Source: a virus
Lineage: Duplodnaviria > Caudoviricetes
Strand: one strand, 5' to 3'
DNA length: 59,290 bases
IMG/VR virus record: IMGVR_UViG_3300025789_000042
Location: 1-59,290 of that record
The number at the start of each line of letters is the position of its first letter. Position 1 is the stretch's first letter. Both the position numbers and the translations under genes were made by a program. The notes under the pieces were generated by a model that saw only the letters and a program-made list of their open reading frames with translations, had not been told where the DNA came from and searched no databases. Shown here one piece after another: positions 1 to 9,527 of this stretch.

Positions 1-175
1 GCAACTATCGTGCCAGAGTGGCAGCGTGGCCAACTTGGCATGATTCTTGCTAGGGCAACTATCGTGCCAGAGTGGCAGCGTGGCACGCTTCTTGCTTGGC
101 CTAGCAAGTTCTATGCCAGCGGCTGCGGGCTGGCAGGTTGGCACGATTCTTGCATGGCAAGCAAGTTCTATGCCA
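1..175. promoter_or_regulatory. Array of 7 sigma-54 (RpoN) -24/-12 consensus boxes, both strands
   Basis: TGGCAY-N5-TTGC on + at 36-50, 81-95, 139-153 and on - at 1-15, 55-69, 104-118, 161-175; 30-bp exact direct repeat at 1-30/55-84. Confidence 0.8.
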
Positions 176-570
176 GAATGCTTAGGAGGGTGGCCCTCTT
201 TTTTCCGGCCATACCCCCAAAAAGGATTCCAATGGTCCAGCGGGCGGGGGGCCCACTCAGACAGCAAGTTCGTCAAGCCTCCTGTTTACCAAGAAACCCG
301 GACCCTCAAATTTTTTTATAAAATGTCGTCAAGATGACAATGTACTACTTTAGTTAATCGCGGTGTCTGGCTGTTCTAACATTGGCCATGTTAGTGAACC
401 GGTTTGATGTTACGTCGGTGGTTTTTGACAAGTACCGACGCTTTTCTCTAATTAGAACTAAAGTTAATCTGCGCCATGGGTTCGCCTTGTTCCAGTGGGG
501 GGAAATCATAGGTATCCCGACGAAAACAGTATCGGATGTTCAAGCGTTTTAACTCTATCTTTATTTATTT

Positions 571-607
<37 letters not shown>

Positions 608-786
608 ACAATATATACCCCGACACCCATCCTACCCTACACAGTTATTGTCGGGACACCGCATGGAATAAGGGCTGCCGCCAAGTTAACCACGACAAGT
701 AGTGTGTAGGATGTCCACGACGACTGTTTGGTTTTTTCGGAGTTTGCCTCTCAGTTGACGGGATACATTCCTCAATTTTGCTTTTA

Positions 787-825
787 GGGCGATAAGTCGG
801 GGATAAATGTGTTGTTGTATGCAGG
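787..825 (+). promoter_or_regulatory. Putative phage late promoter, copy 1
   Basis: GGGCGA-N14-ATGTGTTGTTGTATGCAGG, same spacing as six other copies; upstream of the TerL operon. Confidence 0.6.
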
Positions 826-850
826 AAGAGTGCAAATTTCAAGGATAACG

Positions 851-1237
851 ATGACTCAAAGAATGAACCCGCAAACCAACCAGCCTTTTAAGCGGGGTGA
901 TGAGCGCGAAGATGGCCGGTTGTTTTATAAGTACACCCGCAGACTGAAGGCGGACGGAACCTATGTTGAGATTTGGCTTGTCCCCGAATCACTTGATCGT
1001 GTCCGCAACAAGGATAAGTCGCTACGGATGGGCAAGTACGTCCGAACTTCTGACCGACTACCTAAAGGGTGGTTGAACATGATTACTGACCCGGAAGAGT
1101 TGGCTTTGTGCCGAAAAGCGTATCGTCAAATGCGCCGCCAACCAGTCACGTTGGAGAAACTCCATGAGACGTTAGGTGATTTCCCCTTGATGGTCAGGTT
1201 GCTGACCCCCTTCACCAGCGATTTCAATGGGGTTTGA
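851..1237 (+). CDS. Hypothetical basic protein
   Basis: ORF 809..1237; ATG 851 preceded by AAGGA; Arg/Lys-rich. Confidence 0.7.
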   Translation: MTQRMNPQTNQPFKRGDEREDGRLFYKYTRRLKADGTYVEIWLVPESLDRVRNKDKSLRMGKYVRTSDRLPKGWLNMITDPEELALCRKAYRQMRRQPVTLEKLHETLGDFPLMVRLLTPFTSDFNGV

Positions 1238-2114
1238 CGCGCGCATCCCGGTGCCCACCACAAAGGGCTGGCTGCCGGCGGGAATGATTCAGGTTGGTGA
1301 TGAGGTGTTCGGGCAGAATGGCCGGCCAGTCAAGGTCACGTTGGTTCAGAAGTACACGCCGCGCAAGTGCTTCAAGGTCTGGATGAAAGATGGCCTGACC
1401 TTGGTGGTAGACGGGCGCGCAGGGATTCCGGCGTACTCCTACATTGAGTTCACCTCGTTGCGGCTGTGGAGCGCCAGCAGGATATTGCCAAGAAAGGGCA
1501 CGGTCACACCCAAAAACGCGGAGAGCATCATGCGCAGAGAGGCGGGCCGCTGCCGCATCCCTGTGTGTCAACCGATCCGCCCCATAGAGGCTGCGCTGCC
1601 AGTTGACCCGTATGTGTTCGGCCAATGGATCATGGAGCCAAGGGAGCGGCGGCGCATGGCCCAGACGACGATCAGCCGCGAACTCATGGAGCGGTATGCG
1701 ATTGTGCCCAACCGAATACCGGAAGAATACCTGTTTGCGTCCTTTGAGCAGCGGCTGGCGTTGCTGAGGGGCATACTGAGCAAGAAGCCCAAATGTTTCA
1801 ACAAAACAACAACCCTGTTCTCTCTGGCCGTGATGGATCAGACCTTGGCCCGGCAGATTCAGAATCTTGTGGAGTCGTTCGGGATGCGCAGTTCCATCGT
1901 CTACAACAAACACAGCTTCTATTTTCGTGTCAGCTTCAGGAGCTTTATGAGACTGATCGAAGATCAGCTGCCACCAAACAAGCCACTGGACCTAGAGTAC
2001 CGGCGCGTCCGGCGCGTGGAAGATGCGCGGGTCAGGGAGTGCGTGTACTTGAAGACTGAAGACCCAGCAAATGCAATCCTCGTCAGCGAGGGATTTATCA
2101 CTTTGATACCATGA
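1227..2114 (+). CDS. Free-standing degenerate intein (Hint + LAGLIDADG-like) protein
   Basis: Block A-like IPVPTTKGW..IQVGDEVFGQNGRPVKV; LPVDPYVFGQW and IPEEYLFASFEQRLALLRG (LAGLIDADG-like); block F/G-like C-terminus without His-Asn. Confidence 0.8.
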   Translation: MGFDARIPVPTTKGWLPAGMIQVGDEVFGQNGRPVKVTLVQKYTPRKCFKVWMKDGLTLVVDGRAGIPAYSYIEFTSLRLWSASRILPRKGTVTPKNAESIMRREAGRCRIPVCQPIRPIEAALPVDPYVFGQWIMEPRERRRMAQTTISRELMERYAIVPNRIPEEYLFASFEQRLALLRGILSKKPKCFNKTTTLFSLAVMDQTLARQIQNLVESFGMRSSIVYNKHSFYFRVSFRSFMRLIEDQLPPNKPLDLEYRRVRRVEDARVRECVYLKTEDPANAILVSEGFITLIP

Positions 2115-3550
2115 CACCAGCACAAGAGAAGATTCTGGCCGACTTTGCGGCCAAAAACAAAGGTTGGCCAAAAGAGGCGCTTGACTTCGCGCTGTGGAAG
2201 GTGCGTTGGCACCTGACCGCCCTCCCTCACCAACGAGAGCCCGAGGACAACGAGTACGATACGTTCTTGCTGTTGGCCGGGCGCGGATCGGGCAAGACCC
2301 ACACGGCATCGAACTGGATCGGCCTGCGCGCGGCGGAGTTTGACAAAACGCGCTGGTTGGTGACAGCGCCAACCTCGAACGACATTCGGGCCACTTGCTT
2401 TGAAGGGGACTCGGGGTTGCTCAACATCGTCCCGCAGTCGCTGATCAAGGACTACAACAAATCGCTGTTTGAGCTTACGTTGAAGAATGGGTCAATGATC
2501 CGTGGCATCCCGGCCTCCGAGCCGGAGCGCTTCCGGGGTACACAGTGGCACGGCATGTGGGCGGACGAGTTGTGTGCGTTCGAGTACATTGACGATGCGT
2601 ATGACCAGATTCAGTTCACGCTCCGTCTGCGCGATCCCCGCATCGAGCGGGTGCAGTCGATCATCACCACCACACCCAAACCCTTGGAGCTGATCACCGA
2701 CTTGAATGAGGGCAAGGTGGGTGGCGATGTGTACGTCTCCCGTGCCAGCTCTTATGACAACCGCAGCAACTTGTCCGCCACGTTCTTCAAACAACTGGAG
2801 CAGTATGAGGGCACCGACCTTGGCAAGCAGGAGATTTACGGTGAAATTCTGGACCCAGAGAACGCGGGTATTGTCAAGCGCAAGTGGTTCAAGATGTGGC
2901 CGGCCAACCGACCAACCCCCACGTTGGAGTACGTGATTGCCTCGTATGACCCCGCCGCGTCGGAGAAAACGCACAATGACCCGACAGCCTGTGTGGTGTT
3001 TGGCATCTTTGAGCGTGAGGACGCCGGCACCTGCGCGATGATCCTTGACGTATGGGACGAGCATTTGTCCTATCCTGAGTTGCGCCGCAAGGTGCGCGAT
3101 GACTACAAGGAAGTCGTTTACGGTGCGGACAACACATTCGCCAAAGGCAAAAAGGCGGACTTGATCTTGCTGGAAGACAAGAGCGCTGGCATCTCGCTGA
3201 TCCAAGAACTCCAAGCTGGCGGTATGCCGGTGCGCTCGTACAACCCGGGCAAAGCGGACAAGGTGCAGCGCATGAACATTGTGGCGCCCTTGATTGCCAA
3301 GGGCAAGGTGTACATCCCCGAAGACCCGGAGAAGCCGGGCGAGGTGGCGCCTTGGGCCAAACGGTTTATCCGCCAAGTGTGTTCGTTCCCAGAGGCCAAA
3401 GGCCACGATGACTACGTGGACGCCTTGAGCCAAGGGTTGCGCATCCTGCGCGACTCAGGCTGGCTCCAGCTCGACCCCCTACCCGACAGGGACTTCCGCC
3501 ACGCAGACGAGATTGCATCCCGCAAAGTCTACAACCCATACGCAGCATGA
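2111..3550 (+). CDS. terL: Terminase large subunit
   Basis: Walker A GRGSGKT, Walker B MWADE, TTTP coupling motif, RNase H-like C-terminus (SYDPA, HDDYVDA). Confidence 0.95.
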   Translation: MTPAQEKILADFAAKNKGWPKEALDFALWKVRWHLTALPHQREPEDNEYDTFLLLAGRGSGKTHTASNWIGLRAAEFDKTRWLVTAPTSNDIRATCFEGDSGLLNIVPQSLIKDYNKSLFELTLKNGSMIRGIPASEPERFRGTQWHGMWADELCAFEYIDDAYDQIQFTLRLRDPRIERVQSIITTTPKPLELITDLNEGKVGGDVYVSRASSYDNRSNLSATFFKQLEQYEGTDLGKQEIYGEILDPENAGIVKRKWFKMWPANRPTPTLEYVIASYDPAASEKTHNDPTACVVFGIFEREDAGTCAMILDVWDEHLSYPELRRKVRDDYKEVVYGADNTFAKGKKADLILLEDKSAGISLIQELQAGGMPVRSYNPGKADKVQRMNIVAPLIAKGKVYIPEDPEKPGEVAPWAKRFIRQVCSFPEAKGHDDYVDALSQGLRILRDSGWLQLDPLPDRDFRHADEIASRKVYNPYAA

Positions 3551-3885
3551 TACACATCCGCAAAGAAGGCCAATCGCTACACATTGGTTTGAATATCTCC
3601 CTGCAAATGACACGCAGAGGTGTCAGCTTGACGCTCATCTGGGCCGGGTACGATGTGGCCCGGCGCAAACTGAAAACGCGCCGGCTTAGGTTTCGATCCT
3701 ACCTGCGTCCGTTTTTCATTGTTGAAAAGCAAGAAGGCGATGTGGTGGACAGCTTTCTGACCCAAAACGATCTGATCGCGGTGCCGCGCGAGTTGCTGGA
3801 GGATCACGCCCCCAAACTGATCCCCTTGGCGGGGTACTTCATGCAGGAATTCAAATCGGGCGTGATTGGGCGCTATTATGGGTGA
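3547..3885 (+). CDS. Hypothetical protein
   Basis: ATGA overlap with terL stop. Confidence 0.6.
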   Translation: MIHIRKEGQSLHIGLNISLQMTRRGVSLTLIWAGYDVARRKLKTRRLRFRSYLRPFFIVEKQEGDVVDSFLTQNDLIAVPRELLEDHAPKLIPLAGYFMQEFKSGVIGRYYG

Positions 3886-3896
3886 TTTAATACAGG
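3858..3896 (+). promoter_or_regulatory. Putative phage late promoter, copy 2
   Basis: GGGCGT-N14-ATGGGTGATTTAATACAGG. Confidence 0.65.
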
Positions 3897-3944
3897 AGGC
3901 CGGAGTGGCAACCAAAAAGAACAATAAACCCACCCGAGACTTTA

Positions 3945-5090
3945 ATGCCCAATTTAATTAAAACCCCGATGCAGATGATGTACGAAAATGCTCACTTGCC
4001 CCACTATGCGGGCGGAGGCCAGATCGCCGAAGATATTTTGAAGCAGTTTGGCAACCGAATCCAACAAGCAATTCGTCAGTACACCCGAGCAACGGGCAAA
4101 GCACCTTCAGCGGAAGAAGTCAAGCAGCTAGAAGACCACATTGTCTCCTTGGCCAAGCCAGCACCCCAGCCCGCACAAACGGCGGCGCGCACAGCAGCTC
4201 AGGAGCCGTTCGCCAATCAGCTGGTTGACAGCTCAGGCCGTCCATACAGCACCATGCCGCACCCCGTGACTGGCGAGCCTGTCACCCCCGAGCGCGCCAA
4301 AGGGTTCACCCGCGACCAGTTCGGCACGTCGCCCGTCAACCAGTCGGCCCGCGCCAACGTCATGGCGCCACCGCACGTCAACGCTTTCCCCCAAGATGAG
4401 TTCATGTCGCAGGCCAACACAGGCCGCACATCGAACCGCACATGGAACAAGTCCTACACCCCCTCGACCGAAGAGCTGGCCGCGCGCCAACAAATGGGCG
4501 AGATGGCGCCGGAGCTGCCCGAAGAGGCTGGCGGTCTGGGCGCGTTGCGCACCACCGAGGGTGATATCCCCCAGATGACCAGCGCCAGCGAGCCGTTTGC
4601 CAATCAGGCCGGCGCGTTGGAGGCCCCGTCGATGGATCGGTTGTCAGATGAAATCATGTTGGGCAAACACGACAAGCTGATCGATCAAGCGATCCAGAGC
4701 TTCCGCTTGCATGGCATCGAGCCCGATCATGAGGATGTGCTCAACGCAGTCCATGCGTCGATCAACCCCTTGCGCCACAACTACACAGGGCTCAACCCAA
4801 TCGCAGAGCGCCCATCTGGCCGTGCAGGCATTGAGGATTGGCGTGACGTGGCCCGTGCATCGGGCGTGTCAGAGCGCGCGGTGTCGAAGCACCCATCTGA
4901 CTGGGAGCCCAAATTCAAACGTGACTACTTGTTGGACACCGCACCAGAACAGCGCGGCTCGTTCGCCAAGGACTGGAGCTTGGAAGAAGTGCAAGATAAG
5001 CGTCGCCGCCCAACAGAAAAATATGCCGCCGGCGGCATGATCCCCAGCCCCCGTGACATGAGGGCAGCCCTCATGGTGGGAGGCCGCTGA
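3945..5090 (+). CDS. Hypothetical (probable internal virion) protein
   Basis: 381 aa; YAGGG near N-terminus and YAAGG near C-terminus; lies between terL and portal. Confidence 0.7.
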   Translation: MPNLIKTPMQMMYENAHLPHYAGGGQIAEDILKQFGNRIQQAIRQYTRATGKAPSAEEVKQLEDHIVSLAKPAPQPAQTAARTAAQEPFANQLVDSSGRPYSTMPHPVTGEPVTPERAKGFTRDQFGTSPVNQSARANVMAPPHVNAFPQDEFMSQANTGRTSNRTWNKSYTPSTEELAARQQMGEMAPELPEEAGGLGALRTTEGDIPQMTSASEPFANQAGALEAPSMDRLSDEIMLGKHDKLIDQAIQSFRLHGIEPDHEDVLNAVHASINPLRHNYTGLNPIAERPSGRAGIEDWRDVARASGVSERAVSKHPSDWEPKFKRDYLLDTAPEQRGSFAKDWSLEEVQDKRRRPTEKYAAGGMIPSPRDMRAALMVGGR

Positions 5091-5092
5091 TA

Positions 5093-6280
5093 ATGGCTGA
5101 CGAACTGAAAGCGTGGGAGCCAACGCTCAGTGAGCGCCTTGGTGATTATGGCCAACGTGGCCTAGAAGCAATTGGCATTCGTCGCCCAATTGCGCGCCGA
5201 GCGGCGCAGACCGCAGTGGGCGGCCCGTCGAGCGCATTGCCCATGAACATGGGTTTGGTGGATGCGGTTGGCATGGTCAATCCGGTGGCTGCGGCAACGT
5301 CAGCGGGTTTGGGTGTTGACCGCGCGGTCCACTCCATCCGCGAAGGTGACACCGTGGGCGGCGCCATCGATTTGGCAATGAACTTGCCCCAGTTGGCTGA
5401 GTTGCGCGCCGCACGCGCGGCTGCAAAAGCAGTTCCCAAAAACCCGGAAGCGCAGCTGGCCGAACAGTACATGAAGCGCAACCCGGACTTACCGACATAC
5501 AAGTTCCAGCACGAAGCTGGAATGAGCGCGCCGTCCAGCGCCGAACGCCAAGAGTGGATCGGGAAAGCTCACCAAGCCGGTGTGCAAGCGTACAAACTGA
5601 ACGATCCTGCATACAAGGCTGCGGTTTTTCATGCTATCCGTAAAGCCAACCCAGATTTGATTGCGCAAACAGGCGCGCAGCACTACGATGACTTGATGAA
5701 AGCGTCGTATGCGCAAGCAGCCAAAGAAACCAAAGAGCAATTCAAGACTATTCCGAACAAGACGGAATGGTGGGGCAATGCCGACTACGAGCAAAAAGAC
5801 TACTTGCACCGCGCCAAACAGGCTGGACTGCGCCCTGCGCAGCTGATGCGCCAAGAGTTGGAGCAAGGCAAACCGCTTCAAGTGTATGGCGATCGTGAAG
5901 GCAATGGCCATCCGTACCTCTCGGACATCGATCCTGAGACTGGCGCCAATGCCAACGAGCTATTCCGCGCAGTGCATGACTACTATGGCCACCTTGGCCC
6001 AGCAACCCCGAACCAGTTTGGTCCGAAGGGCGAAGAAAACGCATGGTTGTCGCACCGCCAGATGTATTCCCCGCTGGCTGAACCTGCCATGACCGCTGAA
6101 ACACGCGGCCAAAACAGCTATGTGAACTACGCCGACCCAGAAAACGTGGCTTTGCGGGCTCAAGGCAAACCAACAGTCAATTTTGCTGAAAATGTGCCGG
6201 TTTTGTTGCCTCCAGAGGCATCTGACCCCGCGTATAAAGGCGGATTACCATCCCAATACCGAGGAATTATCCCAGAATGA
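5093..6280 (+). CDS. Putative virion protein with possible metallopeptidase-like HDxxGH motif
   Basis: NELFRAVHDYYGH...GEENAW...ETRGQNS segment recalls domains of phage polyvalent proteins. Confidence 0.55.
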   Translation: MADELKAWEPTLSERLGDYGQRGLEAIGIRRPIARRAAQTAVGGPSSALPMNMGLVDAVGMVNPVAAATSAGLGVDRAVHSIREGDTVGGAIDLAMNLPQLAELRAARAAAKAVPKNPEAQLAEQYMKRNPDLPTYKFQHEAGMSAPSSAERQEWIGKAHQAGVQAYKLNDPAYKAAVFHAIRKANPDLIAQTGAQHYDDLMKASYAQAAKETKEQFKTIPNKTEWWGNADYEQKDYLHRAKQAGLRPAQLMRQELEQGKPLQVYGDREGNGHPYLSDIDPETGANANELFRAVHDYYGHLGPATPNQFGPKGEENAWLSHRQMYSPLAEPAMTAETRGQNSYVNYADPENVALRAQGKPTVNFAENVPVLLPPEASDPAYKGGLPSQYRGIIPE

Positions 6281-9075
6281 GTCAAAATCCCCTACTCCCA
6301 ATCCAAGCAGGCGGTAATTTGTCCGCTTTGTCGCATGTTGAGAGCGACAATGAGGACTTGGACAACCAAAAAGAGGTCGAGGCAATCGCTGATGCGCTTG
6401 ATTTGGACACAGAAGACGTCGAGCAAGAGGTAATCGAGCTTGAAGACGGTTCGGTTGTCGTCAACTTCACCGAAACTCAAAAACCGTCAGAAAACCCTGA
6501 TTTTTACGTCAACTTGGCCGAAGAATTGGATGAGGGTGTTCTGGACAACATCGCATTTGAGTATTTGGACCTGATCGAGATCGACCGTGAGTCGCGCAAA
6601 AAGCGTGATGAGCAGTATGAAGAGGGTATTCGCCGCACCGGCATGGGCAATGACGCCCCCGGTGGTGCAAGCTTCCAAGGTGCGTCCAAGGTGGTTCACC
6701 CAATCATGGCGGAAGCCTGCGTGGACTTTGCGGCAAATGCAAGCAAAGAGCTGCTGCCGGCGGACGGCTTGGTCAAGAGCAAAATCAAAGGCGACGTGGA
6801 CACTAGCAAGCTGGCGTCTGCTGATCGCAAGACCAACTTCTTGAACTGGCAGCTGACAGAGCAAATCGAGGAATACCGCGATGAGATGGAGCAGTTGTTC
6901 ACTCAGTTGCCCTTGGGCGGCAGCCAATATTTGAAGTGGCGATTTGACCGCGACTTGAATCGTCCGGCGTCTGAGTGGATTCCGATCGACAACATTCTGT
7001 TGCCTTTCTCCTCGACCAACTTCTACTCCTCAGCGCGCATCACTGAACAGCAAGACATCACTCAGGATACGTATGAGCAGCGCGTCGAGATGGGCGACTA
7101 CCGTGACGTGGAGCTGTTCAAGGCTGAGTTGGACATTGAGCATGTCACCCGCTCAGAGAAGGCCAACAACAAAATCGAAGGCCGGGAAGAACCAAGCAAG
7201 AACGTGGACGGCCTGCGCCGTGTGTACGAAGTCACATGCTACCTGCGTTTGGAAGATGATTCTGTTTCCAAGGGTGCCCGCGCACCATACATCTTGACCA
7301 TTGACGAGCTGTCTGGCAAGGTGCTGGCGCTGTACCGCAACTGGGAGTCCGGCGACACCCGCATGCGCAAGCTGGACTGGATTGTCGAGTACAAATTCAT
7401 CCCTTGGCGCGGCGCTTACGCGATCGGCATGCCTCACTTGATCGGTGGCCTCTCAGCCGCTTTGACTGGCAGCTTGCGCGCGCTGATGGATTCGGCGCAC
7501 ATCAACAACAGCCAGACCTTGTTGAAACTCAAGGGTGGCCGCATCGGCGGGCAGACGGATCGCATCGAGCCAACCCAAGTGGTTGAGATCGAAGGCAGCC
7601 CCGGCGTGGATGACGTGCGCAAGTTGGCCATGCCAATGCCGTTCAACCAACCGTCAAACGTGTTGTACAATCTGCTGGGTTGGTTGACTGACGCAGCCAA
7701 AGGCGTAGTCAAGACAAGCGAAGGCCGGATTGCCGAAACCAACGCCAATGCGCCAGTGGGCACCACCCAAGCGTTGATCGAACAAGGCTCGAAGGTCTTC
7801 TCCAGCATCCACGCGCGCATGCACCGCAGCCAAGCCAAGAGCTTGCAGATTCTGTCGCGCTTGAACTACTGGTACTTGGACGATATGGACAACCAGTCCG
7901 GCGAAGAGATCGAGGTTGCCGACTTTGCGGACAACAGCGACATTAGCCCGGTCAGCGACCCCAACATCTTCAGCGAAACTCAGCGCATCAGCCAAGCACA
8001 GACTGTCATGCAGCTGGCCGGCCAAGCGCCTCAGCTGTACGACATGCGTGAAGTCCACTTGCGCATCCTGCGCCAGTTGAAGGTGCCAGACATTGAGAAG
8101 GTGTTACCAAATCCGCAAGGCGTCAACGAAAGCAACCCAGCGCTGGAGAACGTGCAGATGACCATGGGCACCCATGCCGCTGCATTCCCAGACCAAGATC
8201 ACCTTGCGCACATCAAGGTTCACTTGGCGTACATGGCCGACCCAGCATACGGCGGCAGCCCGCTGATCGCGCCTCAAGTGACACCGCTGATGATGGAACA
8301 CATCAAGCAGCATTTGACACTGCACTATCTGTCATCCATGCGCGCGTATGTGGCCCACGCCGCCGGCGGCGAAGATGCGTTCAAGCTGAATGAAGAACGT
8401 CCGCTCGACAAGGACGCCCAAGAAGCGTTGGCCATGGCCGCGCAGCTGGTCAACCAAGACGCGCAGAAGACATTCGGGGGCATCAACCCAATCATCGGCC
8501 AACTGGTCCAGCAAATGCAGCAAGCCCAGCAAGCCCAGATGCAGCAAGCCGCAGCAAGCGATCCTGCCGCGCAGGCCCTGTTGCAAACACAGATGGCTGA
8601 AACCAAGCGCAAGTCCGAAGAGGCTGTGGCCAACCAACAGCTTGAACGTGAGCGCATGCAGGCCGAGTACGCGGACAAGGTGCGCGACTTGGAAGCCAAA
8701 CTGGCCGAAGCACAAGCGAAGATGGGTCTGGAGCAACGCCTCGCAACGAACGACAACGCCTCGAAGATTGCGATTGCCGACATCAACAACGCTTCACGCG
8801 AACGTGTGGCAGCCATCTCAGCCAAAGCGCAGCTCGACGGCACACAGATGGAGCAACAGCATGCCCAAGAGCTAAATGCCTTGCAGGCAGAGCAAGAGGC
8901 ATACGCAGACCTTCGCCAACACGGCTTGCAAGAAGTACAGAACGAGCGAGACCGCGCGCACCAAGCAAGTATGGCCGCGCAACAACAAATGACACAACAG
9001 CAAACCCAGCAAGCGCAACAAGCGCACGAGGCCAGCATGGCCACACAACCACAACCAACCCCGACAGGAGAATGA
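6277..9075 (+). CDS. Portal protein with long Gln-rich C-terminal coiled coil
   Basis: 932 aa; position after terL; VVHPIMAEACVDF and YKFIPWRGAYAIG motifs; helical barrel-like tail as in P22-type portals. Confidence 0.85.
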   Translation: MSQNPLLPIQAGGNLSALSHVESDNEDLDNQKEVEAIADALDLDTEDVEQEVIELEDGSVVVNFTETQKPSENPDFYVNLAEELDEGVLDNIAFEYLDLIEIDRESRKKRDEQYEEGIRRTGMGNDAPGGASFQGASKVVHPIMAEACVDFAANASKELLPADGLVKSKIKGDVDTSKLASADRKTNFLNWQLTEQIEEYRDEMEQLFTQLPLGGSQYLKWRFDRDLNRPASEWIPIDNILLPFSSTNFYSSARITEQQDITQDTYEQRVEMGDYRDVELFKAELDIEHVTRSEKANNKIEGREEPSKNVDGLRRVYEVTCYLRLEDDSVSKGARAPYILTIDELSGKVLALYRNWESGDTRMRKLDWIVEYKFIPWRGAYAIGMPHLIGGLSAALTGSLRALMDSAHINNSQTLLKLKGGRIGGQTDRIEPTQVVEIEGSPGVDDVRKLAMPMPFNQPSNVLYNLLGWLTDAAKGVVKTSEGRIAETNANAPVGTTQALIEQGSKVFSSIHARMHRSQAKSLQILSRLNYWYLDDMDNQSGEEIEVADFADNSDISPVSDPNIFSETQRISQAQTVMQLAGQAPQLYDMREVHLRILRQLKVPDIEKVLPNPQGVNESNPALENVQMTMGTHAAAFPDQDHLAHIKVHLAYMADPAYGGSPLIAPQVTPLMMEHIKQHLTLHYLSSMRAYVAHAAGGEDAFKLNEERPLDKDAQEALAMAAQLVNQDAQKTFGGINPIIGQLVQQMQQAQQAQMQQAAASDPAAQALLQTQMAETKRKSEEAVANQQLERERMQAEYADKVRDLEAKLAEAQAKMGLEQRLATNDNASKIAIADINNASRERVAAISAKAQLDGTQMEQQHAQELNALQAEQEAYADLRQHGLQEVQNERDRAHQASMAAQQQMTQQQTQQAQQAHEASMATQPQPTPTGE

Positions 9076-9266
9076 CAATGGCAAACGAAGACATGGGCTT
9101 TCGTAAAAATTACAAAATGACAGGCAAACCCGGCTTTGCGGGAGGTCCCGGCTCCCCCGTGGAGCAAGGCCCCTCTGGTTCCAAACGAGCAGACAACGCC
9201 AAACGTGCTTTGGCCCAAGTGCCCGAAGTGAACAGCAAAGGCTTGAGCGACGCCAAGAAAAAGTGA
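9072..9266 (+). CDS. Small hypothetical protein
   Basis: AGGAG RBS; overlaps portal stop. Confidence 0.6.
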   Translation: MTMANEDMGFRKNYKMTGKPGFAGGPGSPVEQGPSGSKRADNAKRALAQVPEVNSKGLSDAKKK

Positions 9267-9283
9267 ATTTTATGCCCCTAGCG

Positions 9284-9322
9284 GGGCGAAAAGCACTAAA
9301 TTAGTGTGTGCTTACTTATAAG
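9284..9322 (+). promoter_or_regulatory. Putative phage late promoter, copy 3
   Basis: GGGCGA-N14-GTGTGTGCTTACTTATAAG upstream of the head-assembly operon. Confidence 0.6.
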
Positions 9323-9335
9323 GGAGGGCCTTTGA

Positions 9336-9527
9336 ATGAAAGACCCGGTTTACGAATCATTATTCGCCATCAGGGAAGAACTTACTCGAATGAATGAGAG
9401 CTTGCTTGAAGGCGTAGACAGCTGGGACAAATACAACCAGCTTGTCGGAAAAGCCCGAGGTTTGAAAGAAGCCTTGGATATCATCAATAATGTCCTGCAT
9501 GAGGACGAGGAAAAAGATGTCAACTGA
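9336..9527 (+). CDS. Small hypothetical protein
   Basis: GGAGG RBS; YNQLVGKARGL helix of the kind seen in pre-GroES genes of such phages. Confidence 0.7.
   Translation: MKDPVYESLFAIREELTRMNESLLEGVDSWDKYNQLVGKARGLKEALDIINNVLHEDEEKDVN

Noticed and set aside
1-175. CRISPR mini-array
   Set aside because: Repeats are 15 bp, occur in both orientations and have irregular short gaps; a protein-binding-site array fits better
1227-3550. Active intein inside TerL, or a split intein
   Set aside because: The intein-like ORF is in a different frame from terL with its own stop, lacks splicing residues, and TerL appears complete
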